Below, piece by piece: positions 49,939-58,956 of a stretch of 64,000 nt of DNA (its first letter is position 1; each line of letters opens with the position of its first letter). The DNA lies in NCBI GenBank assembly GCA_964584895.1, contig CAZPAW010000001.1, forward strand, positions 337,504-401,503, read 5' to 3'. Made by a program: the position numbers and the translations under genes. The stretch is from an uncultured Candidatus Saccharibacteria bacterium. GTDB taxonomy: Bacteria; Patescibacteriota; Saccharimonadia; Saccharimonadales; JAGQNJ01. The notes under the pieces were generated by a model, which worked only from the letters and a program-made list of their open reading frames with translations, had not been told where the DNA came from and did not search any database.

Positions 49939-50592
49939 CTATTTAACTTTTTTGTTTAAAAAGAGGTTGCTAAGCCAAAGTTTTATTCTCTTGGAGATGC
50001 GTTCACGATTTTCTTTGTCTTTTAATAGGTGATAAAGGGCTGGTCCAAAAGTAGCTAGCGTAGCCAGTAAAAAGACTGGCAAAATGTATTTCTCAATATT
50101 ATCAATCTTACTACCAAGCCAATAACCAAGTAGCGTAACCCCAGCACCCCAGATTATTCCTCCTATGACGTTATAGAAAAAAAAGTTTTTTCTAGGCATT
50201 TTGCCGACGCCTGCAATTACAGGGACGAATGTCCTAACTACTGGCACGAACCTGGCTAGCACGATAGTTTTACCTCCGTGGGCATCATAAAATGCTTCTG
50301 CTCGTTTGATGTTATCTTTATGAAAGAATATACCATCTTCTTTTTTGAATATTCTATGCCCAGTCCTTCGGCCGATGCTATAGCCAACGTTGTCGCCAAC
50401 GATTGCTGCAACGACCACCGCAATTATTAGTACTGGTAAATTGAGTGCGCCTTGTGAGGCGAAAAATCCGGCAGTAAATAGTAAAGTATCACCCGGCAAA
50501 AAGAAGCCAACTAGCAATCCGGACTCTGCAAAGACGATAAAAGCGACGAGCAAAATACCGCCACTTTGGATTAAATGTTCAACGTCTAGCAT
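49939..50592 (-). CDS. dedA: DedA-family membrane protein
   Basis: 217 aa. FAESGLLVGFFLPGDTLLF and ARFVPVVRTF motifs. Confidence 0.85.
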   Translation of the reverse strand: MLDVEHLIQSGGILLVAFIVFAESGLLVGFFLPGDTLLFTAGFFASQGALNLPVLIIAVVVAAIVGDNVGYSIGRRTGHRIFKKEDGIFFHKDNIKRAEAFYDAHGGKTIVLARFVPVVRTFVPVIAGVGKMPRKNFFFYNVIGGIIWGAGVTLLGYWLGSKIDNIEKYILPVFLLATLATFGPALYHLLKDKENRERISKRIKLWLSNLFLNKKVK

Positions 50593-50683
50593 TAATGGAA
50601 TATATTATAGCAACAAACAGATGAAAATTTGCTATAATATTATCTATAATTGTGGGAAAATAAGTTGTCAGGAAAGGATAAGA

Positions 50684-51382
50684 GTGAGTAATCAAGATAT
50701 AAGTTTGACGCTTCAAGAAAGAGATATAGTCGGAAAGGGCTTAAACAAGCTAAAGAATGATGGTCAGATACCGGCTGTTATTCATAATCCAGGCAAAGAT
50801 TCAGTTATTGTCAGCGGTAATTATCTAGAAATGGTTAGAGCATACAACTCTGCCGGAAAGCATAACCCGATTAATGTAAAAGTAGGTGATAAAGATTATT
50901 TAACAATGATCAAAGAAGTTGATTTTGAGCCAAAAAAGAATCAACTGCGACACGTGGTGTTTGGCGCGATCAAGAAAGATCAGAAAGTAAAAGCTGAAGT
51001 TCAGATCGAAATCGTCCACGGTGACGAGCAAATTCCAGCCGAACGTGATGGGCTACTGGTTATTAAAGTTGTTGATAGCTTAGAAGTAGAGGCTATACCA
51101 AGCAAATTAGTTGAACGTCTAACTGTTGATGGGTCTAAACTAGCCGAAGTAGGCGACAAGTTACACGTTAGCGACATTGACGTACCAGAGGGGTTAGAAA
51201 TACTGGACGAACCCGATAAAACCATTGTGACAGTAGATGCGCCTCGTGCTGCTATTGAAGAAGCTGCCGAAGAAGAAGCTGAAAGCGAAGAAGCTGCCGA
51301 AGCAAATACCGAAGGCGAAGAATCTACAGAAAATGATTCCGAACAAAAAACTGAAGCAGATTCTACCGACAGTAACCAATAA
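50684..51382 (+). CDS. rplY: 50S ribosomal protein L25 / Ctc with acidic C-terminal tail
   Basis: GTG 50684 preceded by a GGAAAGGA RBS and an extended -10 TGCTATAAT (50630-38). LNKLKNDGQIPAVIHNPGKDS... matches L25/Ctc. The track ORF start 50390 lies inside dedA on the other strand. Confidence 0.85.
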   Translation: MSNQDISLTLQERDIVGKGLNKLKNDGQIPAVIHNPGKDSVIVSGNYLEMVRAYNSAGKHNPINVKVGDKDYLTMIKEVDFEPKKNQLRHVVFGAIKKDQKVKAEVQIEIVHGDEQIPAERDGLLVIKVVDSLEVEAIPSKLVERLTVDGSKLAEVGDKLHVSDIDVPEGLEILDEPDKTIVTVDAPRAAIEEAAEEEAESEEAAEANTEGEESTENDSEQKTEADSTDSNQ

Positions 51383-51488
51383 GACCTAGTTAGTTTTAAT
51401 TAGGGTGATAATCATAGTATTAATCAATAATTGAATCTTCTGTAATAATATAGTAAGCTGCTTGTGTATATTAAATTAGGAAATAAAA

Positions 51489-52322
51489 ATGAACAAATTA
51501 AACAAAGCTCAATCTGGTGCTGTCGGTCCTGTAGAAATAGTAATGATTCTAATAATAGTTGGGCTGGTTGGACTAATTGGCTGGCGTGTTTATGATGCAA
51601 GGACTGATGTGTCTAATAGAGCATTCGTTTCGGATGAAGTTGTCGAGTTTAAGCCATTACCTAATGATCTGAGCGGGATTATTGATATAGACAGACTCAA
51701 AACTATCGTCAATGATCAGACTGACGGATTAAGTATTGTCGACCTAGAATTAAAAAGTGAAGATGGTGTGCTTGTTTATCAAGTAAAGCTTAGTGACGGA
51801 TCAGTTCTAGTGATAAACGCTAACGACGGATCTTTTATTGTAAAGACTGAAGATGATGAGAGCGATGACGAAAACTTACCGAATTTAGCTGATCTAAAAA
51901 TAGGCTTTAACGATGCACTCAAAACTGCATTAGCAGAGCATGAGGGTGGTGTGCGAAAGATAGAACTTGAGTTAGAAGACGGCGTTTTAGTCTACAGCGT
52001 ACGTTTTATTGACGGATATCGGGTTGATGTGAATGCTTCAAATGGTAGTGTCATAAGGACCAAGGATGCGAAAGGTGAATCAAGTAGGTCCAATGATGAC
52101 GATAGCGATGATGATAATGAGGCTGAAAACGAATTTGAAGATGACGGAGAAGACGACAAGCGCGGTTCAAGACAATTGAGCGAATCAGATGATGACAAGG
52201 AGGATGACAAGCAAGATGATGCCGATGATAAAGACGAAAACGAAGATGAAGAAGACGATGAAGATGAAGATGAAGATGAAGATGATAGCGAAGAAAACGA
52301 CGAAGAACAAGAAGACAATTAA
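51489..52322 (+). CDS. PepSY-domain membrane-anchored protein with poly-acidic tail
   Basis: 277 aa. N-terminal TM, two PepSY-like repeats (...GVLVYQVKLSDGSVLVINANDGSFI; ...GVLVYSVRFIDGYRVDVNASNGSVI) and a D/E-rich C-terminus. Confidence 0.65.
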   Translation: MNKLNKAQSGAVGPVEIVMILIIVGLVGLIGWRVYDARTDVSNRAFVSDEVVEFKPLPNDLSGIIDIDRLKTIVNDQTDGLSIVDLELKSEDGVLVYQVKLSDGSVLVINANDGSFIVKTEDDESDDENLPNLADLKIGFNDALKTALAEHEGGVRKIELELEDGVLVYSVRFIDGYRVDVNASNGSVIRTKDAKGESSRSNDDDSDDDNEAENEFEDDGEDDKRGSRQLSESDDDKEDDKQDDADDKDENEDEEDDEDEDEDEDDSEENDEEQEDN

Positions 52323-52332
52323 ATCGGCAGAA

Positions 52333-54120
52333 CTAATTCTCTAGGAACCCACCGGTTTGGTGATTCCACAGGCTGGCGTAGGTCCCTTCTTTGCGAATTA
52401 ACTCTTTATGAGTACCTTCCTCAACAATCTTGCCTTCGTCAAGCACAATAATTCTATCCATTTTTTGAATCGTGCTTAGTCGGTGGGCAATTACAATTGC
52501 CGTCCGGCCTTCCATTAACTTCCATAGGGCGTCTTGAATAAGCACCTCGCTCTCACTATCAAGGGCGGATGTCGCTTCGTCGAGTACTAATATCGGTGCG
52601 TTTTTGATCATGGCTCGGGCAATAGCGATACGTTGCCGTTGACCTCCAGATAATTTAACGCCACGTTCGCCAACAAGCGTATCGTATTTTTTAGGGAGTT
52701 TCTCTACAAAGTCATGAGCATGGGCCATTTTTGCTACAGCTTTAAGCTGACGGTCGGATGCTTCGGGATTACCATACAGTATATTTTCGGCGATTGACCG
52801 ATGGAACATCAAAGGTTCTTGTGGCACATAGGTAATCCGATTGCGCAAATTATCCTGAGTAACACTGGTGATATCTTGGCCATCGATTGTAATTTCGCCA
52901 CCGTCAATATCCATAAATCGCAGCAATAGTTTGGTTAGGGTTGTTTTTCCTGACCCAGAATGCCCAACTAACCCAATCTTTTCACCAGGTTTGATGTACA
53001 AGTTAAGATTATGAAATAACGCCTCTTTGTCCTCATCATGGGCGAATGTGACCGAGTTAAATTCAATCCCGCCACGATTCATTTTTACTTTTTCGGGGTT
53101 TGCTGGGTCGGCAATCTCAGGCTCTATTTGCAAGATTTTTATCATGTCACTAGCATCACCAAAGGCTCGGTTGTATTGGCGTAAGACGTTTTGAAAATCC
53201 CATAACCTTTGACCGAGAGATCCAGTAAAACTAACCATCAAAAACAGCGTACCGATGTCAATTGTTAGATACTTTACACCGATTATTGCAATGAGTAAGG
53301 AGGCAATCGCGATCGAAGATGTTATTACGCTAGAAAATGATTCTCTGATCATGGTTGCTCGCACAGAATTTTGCCCCATCTTTCTAGTGTGTGATGTGAC
53401 ATTCCAAAATCTTTTCATTTCAAAATTTGATCGTGAGAATCCTTTAACCGCCATAACATTAGATACGCTGTCAGCTAGATATCCGGTTTGGCGACTTTCA
53501 GCTTCGGCTTCTTTTGTGTTTGCTTTTCGAACAGGTTTTGCAAAGTGAAAAGTACCAATAATGTACAATATCGAAAAAATGACCATGGCGGCGGCGTACA
53601 CCGGAACTTTAGGGGCTAGTATTACAATAGTCGCGATTAACGAAATAATTAATGTATATAGATTAAATATAGTAGAGTCAGTGAATCTAACATATGCCCC
53701 TGTTAATTTATTGGATTGCGAGACCAGCGAGCCAGCAAATTTGTTAGCATGAAAGCTAGGGCTCAGTTTCATTAGGTGCGAGAATACTCTATTACTAATG
53801 TCTCTAACTACATTTAGCTCAAGGCTCCACAAACAATAGATGACTAGTCGCCAGCCTATGATCCCACTCGCGATTACCGCTAAAGCATAATAGATTAAAG
53901 AAGCTCCAAAGCTGGACCATAAATCCGAGACATCATAACTGTTACTACTAATTTGCTGTAATACATTTGATATGATTATCGGTTCGATAAATTCTCCAAT
54001 TATAATTACGATAGGAACCAATACAATCATAGGCACAAGGAAACGCTTGTACTGAGTCGCGTGTTGCCAAAACAAACTAATAGTTTGCTTGACGTTAGAT
54101 TTTGACTTGGATTTTGCCAT
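52333..54120 (-). CDS. ABC exporter, fused permease/ATPase (MsbA-like)
   Basis: 595 aa. 6-TM N-domain, Walker A GHSGSGKTT, signature LSGGQRQR, Walker B ILVLDEATSALD. Confidence 0.9.
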   Translation of the reverse strand: MAKSKSKSNVKQTISLFWQHATQYKRFLVPMIVLVPIVIIIGEFIEPIIISNVLQQISSNSYDVSDLWSSFGASLIYYALAVIASGIIGWRLVIYCLWSLELNVVRDISNRVFSHLMKLSPSFHANKFAGSLVSQSNKLTGAYVRFTDSTIFNLYTLIISLIATIVILAPKVPVYAAAMVIFSILYIIGTFHFAKPVRKANTKEAEAESRQTGYLADSVSNVMAVKGFSRSNFEMKRFWNVTSHTRKMGQNSVRATMIRESFSSVITSSIAIASLLIAIIGVKYLTIDIGTLFLMVSFTGSLGQRLWDFQNVLRQYNRAFGDASDMIKILQIEPEIADPANPEKVKMNRGGIEFNSVTFAHDEDKEALFHNLNLYIKPGEKIGLVGHSGSGKTTLTKLLLRFMDIDGGEITIDGQDITSVTQDNLRNRITYVPQEPLMFHRSIAENILYGNPEASDRQLKAVAKMAHAHDFVEKLPKKYDTLVGERGVKLSGGQRQRIAIARAMIKNAPILVLDEATSALDSESEVLIQDALWKLMEGRTAIVIAHRLSTIQKMDRIIVLDEGKIVEEGTHKELIRKEGTYASLWNHQTGGFLEN

Positions 54121-54394
54121 AAAAGTAGCCTCCTGCTACTTGTTTAATGATTAAATTGTTTTTTGAAAAATTTTGGTAAAGACTGTTTGTTTAGATTGTT
54201 TCTAGTATAAAGAAATTTATCGCGCTAGAGCGACAAATTGCATTGAGCCCGCTTGTCTTAGTTGTGTAGTCATTATATTGTCGCCCTTTCCGTTAAATTT
54301 AATAATTTAACAATTGTACCACTTATGTCAATAGTGTGCAAAAATCGCAATATCTCGTATCATAGGAATATAGCTTAAAAAGGAGAAAATCTAT

Positions 54395-54685
54395 ATGCCA
54401 AAATCAAAATCAAAATCACAAAATCCAGAGTTAGAAATCAAGGCAAAACTCAGCGGAGCTGATGATTGGAAGCACTGGTGTAAAGAAAAGGGCAAAAACT
54501 CTAATGCCTCAACGCATGGGACAAGTGGGGCGCTGTACTTTGTTGGCTTTATTGGGTCATTAGTCTATTGGATGCAGGCAGCGGTTGGGTTTGGTGCGGT
54601 TGTAACAGGATTTTTAAAGGCTATGGTATGGCCGGCATATATTGTCTATAAATTGCTAGAGAGTTTTTACGGAGTAGTTATATAA
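54395..54685 (+). CDS. hypothetical small membrane protein
   Basis: 96 aa. Strong RBS AAAGGAG, basic N-terminus, two TM helices. Confidence 0.5.
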   Translation: MPKSKSKSQNPELEIKAKLSGADDWKHWCKEKGKNSNASTHGTSGALYFVGFIGSLVYWMQAAVGFGAVVTGFLKAMVWPAYIVYKLLESFYGVVI

Positions 54686-54810
54686 ATAGTTTTTACTTCA
54701 CGATTCCGATTGTATTAGACCAATAAAACTAAATTCATTCTTTCTTACGAGCTAAAGCTCGCGCCATATTACTTTGTGCCGACAAAGTAATACAAAACTC
54801 CTGGCTAGAC

Positions 54811-54927
54811 ACTAAAACACTACTAGGCTGTTAGTTGTTTGTACAATGCTTAGCAGAACTTGGGCTTTGCCCTCAAACAGCTGCACGCAATAATTGTACA
54901 AACCACAACACCCTAATCGGTTTTAGT
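54811..54927. repeat. long imperfect intergenic hairpin (copy A of the hairpin family) between convergent genes
   Basis: ACTAAAAC(54811-18)/GTTTTAGT(54920-27). GTTGTTTGTACAAT(54834-47)/ATTGTACAAAC-C-ACAAC(54893-909). Inner GGGC-ttt-GCCC. A separate perfect 11-bp hairpin TATTACTTTGT-gccg-ACAAAGTAATA lies at 54767-54792. Confidence 0.5.
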
Positions 54928-55015
54928 GCTTTTAGGCAAGAAACAACACCCAAAACACTGCATCTATTCAGGAAAAAATCAGAGACCCATTAAACGATAA
55001 ACAAAAATTTCTAAA

Positions 55016-55522
55016 CTAAAAAATGCAGTTGATGTCGTCTTCATCGAACGTAGAGTTGATGGCGACATCGGCGGCAAACTGAGATGATGCTATAAAGTCA
55101 TGGAGTTCGCCAAATTCTGCCAATTGGCGATGTGCCTTTATTGCGGCTTTTTGTTGGCGGGTAGAAAGCCCAGCGGTTATTCCAGTCAATCCTTGAATGG
55201 GCGGTGGATCTGTTACTAAATCAATGTAACATGATAGTTTGACTGTGCAACTAGCACATACGCCTCGAGCGACTTCTACTCCTTTGGCGTTGCCGGGGCC
55301 CGGGTGCATAATTTTAGGGTTTGTTAACTTTCTGCAAAGAGCGTCTTTTTTCCATCTGGAATCTATGGTTAACGGGTTTACTTTTATTGACATTGTACTG
55401 CCTCTTGCTGGGGATGGCGGGGCTGTTCGTTCAGGGATATCACTGATAGTGAATGCTTCGTCAATAATTTCAAATTCTGCCATGATAAAACAGATAATAT
55501 AACTATCTAGGACTTTGTTCAA
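55016..55522 (-). CDS. WhiB-like (Wbl) Fe-S cluster-type regulator homologue
   Basis: 168 aa (TTG 55522; alternative ATG 55483). W..DALC-x25-CASCTVKLSC gives the C-Xn-C-X2-C-X5-C spacing of WhiB proteins, followed by G[I]TAG.S..Q resembling the GVWGG turn. Confidence 0.6.
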   Translation of the reverse strand: MNKVLDSYIICFIMAEFEIIDEAFTISDIPERTAPPSPARGSTMSIKVNPLTIDSRWKKDALCRKLTNPKIMHPGPGNAKGVEVARGVCASCTVKLSCYIDLVTDPPPIQGLTGITAGLSTRQQKAAIKAHRQLAEFGELHDFIASSQFAADVAINSTFDEDDINCIF

Positions 55523-55555
55523 CTACTAGTAACCCCGACAACCGCAATATAATTG

Positions 55556-55584
55556 TTGACAAATATAGTGTAATGCCCTATAAT
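55556..55584 (+). promoter_or_regulatory. consensus sigma-70 promoter
   Basis: Perfect TTGACA (55556-61), 17-nt spacer, perfect TATAAT (55579-84). About 185 nt upstream of the 55772 ATG. Confidence 0.6.
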
Positions 55585-55695
55585 GTCTTTTTACGGAGAT
55601 AATTCTCTGGGAGCAAAATAGCATACAGTGACTATGGCTTCCACCGAAACAGCATTGTCCCAAATCAAAGTACGCGTCCACATCTATTGTGCCTA

Positions 55696-55763
55696 GCGCC
55701 TCTACCTTGACTAAGCAATTCGCGCACTAAGGCGACTACTTAATCAAGCGTCAAAGGAGGCGC
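55696..55763 (+). promoter_or_regulatory. candidate SD-sequestering leader hairpin
   Basis: GCGCCTC..CCTTGAC (55696-711) can pair with GTCAAAGGAGGCGC (55750-63), which contains the AAGGAGG RBS of the 55772 ORF. Confidence 0.35.
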
Positions 55764-55771
55764 TATTTATT

Positions 55772-56362
55772 ATGTTTTTAAGAAAAACATTAGAGCAAAA
55801 ACTACCAGTCAGAGATGACGAAGTAAGGTTGCCAGATTCAGTCTCTAGAGGTATCTTCAGAGGCTCATATCTTTTGCCTACAAAAATAACAAAAATTGAA
55901 AACAAAAGAAACAATAGACCCCGCACTATGGATGCATATCCTTGGCAGAGAAAAGTTACAAAAACCTATTCCGACGGATCAAAAATCTTTAAAGGAGATA
56001 GTTGGGATGACATAGTATACTCAGAAGCAATTAGCTACGAAGATTTAGATATAGCTAACAGCCCTGCTGGTTTGCGTCGAGCGACACGAATTGAAAGCGT
56101 TGCTAGACGGATAAAAGCCGTAGCATTGGGTGTCGGTGCAGCCGCATTAGTGGGATTACTTACAATCGGTGTACTAAGCGATTCATCTGATAGTAGTAAT
56201 GAGAGTCCAGAACTTCCGGCATGCGAAAGTGTTGCCGATAATGGCGAATCATTACTTGGGATAGCAGACGATCAAATAGATCCTGCTAATCAACTTGGGC
56301 AAACTGTTTGTTCGATTAATGACGATAATTACCTTGTCGTTATGCCAACAGAACCTCAATAA
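55772..56362 (+). CDS. hypothetical bitopic membrane protein
   Basis: 196 aa, RBS AAGGAGG. Central TM (AVALGVGAAALVGLLTIGVL) and a short Cys-containing C-terminal ectodomain. Confidence 0.5.
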   Translation: MFLRKTLEQKLPVRDDEVRLPDSVSRGIFRGSYLLPTKITKIENKRNNRPRTMDAYPWQRKVTKTYSDGSKIFKGDSWDDIVYSEAISYEDLDIANSPAGLRRATRIESVARRIKAVALGVGAAALVGLLTIGVLSDSSDSSNESPELPACESVADNGESLLGIADDQIDPANQLGQTVCSINDDNYLVVMPTEPQ

Positions 56363-56407
56363 ATTTAACTAAATATATAACAACGTCTTAAGGAGGCGTA
56401 AATTAAC

Positions 56408-56977
56408 ATGGAAAAATTAAAACCAAAAAAATCATTAACAAGAGCAGTGATATTAACTCTAGGGCTGGCAGTAGCAAGTGCTTGTTCGGCCGAGTCCACT
56501 ACTCATACAGGCGAAACGACCGCATCTGATGTTTTTACAACATTGGATGTTGAGGTGATTAGACCTGGACAAAGCGCATTTAGCGGTTTATCAACTGATA
56601 ACGAAGAGCACGAGGCGATTACAGACGATTTAGATATTGTCGATGATCAACACCCTAATAGTTGGGATGATGATGGTGCACCACTTATCGGTCAGTTACC
56701 GGTAAGAGTTGACGCCCACCAATCCTTTACGAATGAAGCAAAAGCTGGTTTTAGCAATGATATTGGTTGTGATAGCTTTCCGCTTGATCTTCAAGGATTA
56801 GATAGCTCTGAGGTATATGTTGGCGCCGTAGCGCTTAGCGATTCTGATGATGATAGGGTACTAATTAGCTGGCCACGAACTGACGGCAAGCCTGCTAATC
56901 ATATTTTGATGTGCATGGATGACACTCGTGAGCCAGCCGATGGCGTAGTGCTGTTTGTATCCGATCAACAACGTTAA
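56408..56977 (+). CDS. putative secreted protein / lipoprotein, acidic
   Basis: 189 aa, RBS AAGGAGG. Signal peptide ending LAVASAC (imperfect lipobox). Confidence 0.55.
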   Translation: MEKLKPKKSLTRAVILTLGLAVASACSAESTTHTGETTASDVFTTLDVEVIRPGQSAFSGLSTDNEEHEAITDDLDIVDDQHPNSWDDDGAPLIGQLPVRVDAHQSFTNEAKAGFSNDIGCDSFPLDLQGLDSSEVYVGAVALSDSDDDRVLISWPRTDGKPANHILMCMDDTREPADGVVLFVSDQQR

Positions 56978-57040
56978 TATTCTATAATAAAACTAATAAG
57001 TCATATATTGACTATAATGCAATAGTGTTGTTAAGATATT

Positions 57041-57655
57041 ATGATGATAGATATTGAACGCGGTGAGGCGACGCCTCCACTTTTTGTAATGCGAACAGGG
57101 CAAATTTATTCATCGCCTTATGGTTTTTTTGATGAATTAGCCAAACGTCTCGATGCCCATATGATAGTCCCAGAAGACATCAGGCAAGAGTTTGTTGAAA
57201 AATATGATGTACCAGAGGGGCATGAAAGGTCTGCTCCCGTCAGAGAGATGACAAGGATTATTGCCGAGCAGCAAGTTGTTGAAGGTTTAGAAAAGGGTGA
57301 CAACGTCGTCTACGAGGGTCTTCTAAATCAGGCTAATCGTAGACAGTATTTACGAGAAGTTGCAGAGAGTTGCGGGGCTTTAACCCTGTTAATTGTTACA
57401 AAATCATCATTTGATGATATTTCAAAGCGGATACACCAGCGTGCCAGTGGCGAAATTGATGGCGTAGAGCCAAAAGATCAAGAGTGGATTGATAGAAAAA
57501 AATTTGGTTATCATAGAGTACAAAGTTCGATTGAATGGCCAAATAATGAAGCACATTTATCATTGCGATGCGATTTTGGCAGAGACACCGAAGAATTGTT
57601 TCGGGTTGTTGAAAAACGGATTGAAGACATCTACTGGAGCGCCCGAAATAAATAA
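57041..57655 (+). CDS. hypothetical protein, P-loop-kinase-like fold without a Walker A motif
   Basis: 204 aa. The central and C-terminal parts (NVVYEGLLNQANRRQYLREVAESCGALTLLIV...RIHQR) resemble AAA_33/zeta-toxin-type kinases. The expected GxxxxGK[ST] position reads MRTGQIYSSPYG. Weak assignment. Confidence 0.4.
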   Translation: MMIDIERGEATPPLFVMRTGQIYSSPYGFFDELAKRLDAHMIVPEDIRQEFVEKYDVPEGHERSAPVREMTRIIAEQQVVEGLEKGDNVVYEGLLNQANRRQYLREVAESCGALTLLIVTKSSFDDISKRIHQRASGEIDGVEPKDQEWIDRKKFGYHRVQSSIEWPNNEAHLSLRCDFGRDTEELFRVVEKRIEDIYWSARNK

Positions 57656-57724
57656 GTTTAATTAAACGCTAACCTAGAAGTAATATCATGCTTATGGATT
57701 TAATGATTGTAAGGAGTACACTTT

Positions 57725-58198
57725 GTGTATATGACAAACCCAGAGTTATTCGTACCAGATAATTATCTTGAACTATGTCAGGGCCTACAAGAGGTTATTG
57801 CATCGGTCCCGCCAGACGAACAAGACATAGCAGGTGCCAAAGTACGCGAAATGGCAGGCAAAGCTGTATATTTTGGTGAAAAAAAGCTAGAAGTAAGGAC
57901 CTTGGGTGCATATGCCTTGCCAGATGGACTAACGATGGAAAGCGATGTTTGGCCAACTGTTAGTTTTGGTGCAATGAGGCTACGGGGCGAACTAGCGCAA
58001 CTTGCCTATGCAAGAGTTGGGCGTGTTAGGTCGCTTATGTGGATGATGGTAGAACCCAAAGTGAGAGAAGCCAGTCCAACACCGTCAACTAACATATTTG
58101 ACGCAGAAGTTGCCAGACTGGGTTATAAAAATGATGTGCTTCGGCGACCGCTATATCTACCAGTAGGAATGATCGAATCTGTTATCATTGCTGCCTAA
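57725..58198 (+). CDS. hypothetical protein
   Basis: 157-aa ORF (GTG 57725 or ATG 57731). Confidence 0.45.
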   Translation: MYMTNPELFVPDNYLELCQGLQEVIASVPPDEQDIAGAKVREMAGKAVYFGEKKLEVRTLGAYALPDGLTMESDVWPTVSFGAMRLRGELAQLAYARVGRVRSLMWMMVEPKVREASPTPSTNIFDAEVARLGYKNDVLRRPLYLPVGMIESVIIAA

Positions 58199-58293
58199 GT
58201 TAATATTTTGGTTAAGTTAATTGGTGATTAATTTTTACTACTATAAGATCGCAAACTTGACAAAGGGCCTAATAGTTGTAAGATACTATTATT

Positions 58294-58920
58294 ATGAGAC
58301 TAAAAGAATCAGTGGCTGAACTACTGACACCTCAATCTCAAGAACTTATTCGTAGAGAAGCTGCTGATTTTCAGACACCCCTAGGCTATACTTTTTCTTT
58401 AGCTGTAAACAACATAGGTAAGCCATTGGCAACTAAACTAACTACTGCATCAGAGATCATTGAACCCTACGATGCGGATTTACATGAGGTTGTTGATCGA
58501 GAATCAGACAATAGAGATGCATTTATCAGAGGTGGCTTATTGGCGGTTAGACTTTGTTATGAATATTTTGGGCCAAATTTTCAGGATGAAATGAGCGATT
58601 ATGAACACGATCTGATACCTCTTCCTGATACAAATAATTCACTTTATCCAGAATTAAGAAAAAATAGAACTGAAGCAATAATTGAATTTGCTGAAGATGG
58701 CTGGAGGGTTGCGGAGCCAGAATTCGGTGATTTATTCGAACAATGGGAAGATATGATTGTGCCTAAAATGTCCGCACAATATTATTTACGGCCAGGTTTT
58801 GGTTATATTGTTAAGCTCGCATCAAAAGTCGAAGAAGTGATAGCTGATAAATTAGAGGCTATAGCCGTTGCGCCACCAGATGCTTGGGATGATGCATTAA
58901 CAAGAGAGCTTTCGCTTTAA
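58294..58920 (+). CDS. hypothetical acidic protein
   Basis: 208-aa ORF, last gene of the co-oriented ORFan block. Confidence 0.45.
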   Translation: MRLKESVAELLTPQSQELIRREAADFQTPLGYTFSLAVNNIGKPLATKLTTASEIIEPYDADLHEVVDRESDNRDAFIRGGLLAVRLCYEYFGPNFQDEMSDYEHDLIPLPDTNNSLYPELRKNRTEAIIEFAEDGWRVAEPEFGDLFEQWEDMIVPKMSAQYYLRPGFGYIVKLASKVEEVIADKLEAIAVAPPDAWDDALTRELSL

Positions 58921-58956
58921 CTAAAACTTGTAACTTTCTTACTATCTTATCGATTA

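Noticed and set aside
50390-50683. N-terminal 98-codon extension of the L25/Ctc ORF (track start 50390)
   Set aside because: The extension overlaps the dedA coding region on the opposite strand and has no L25 similarity. GTG 50684, with an RBS and an extended -10 promoter, fits better.
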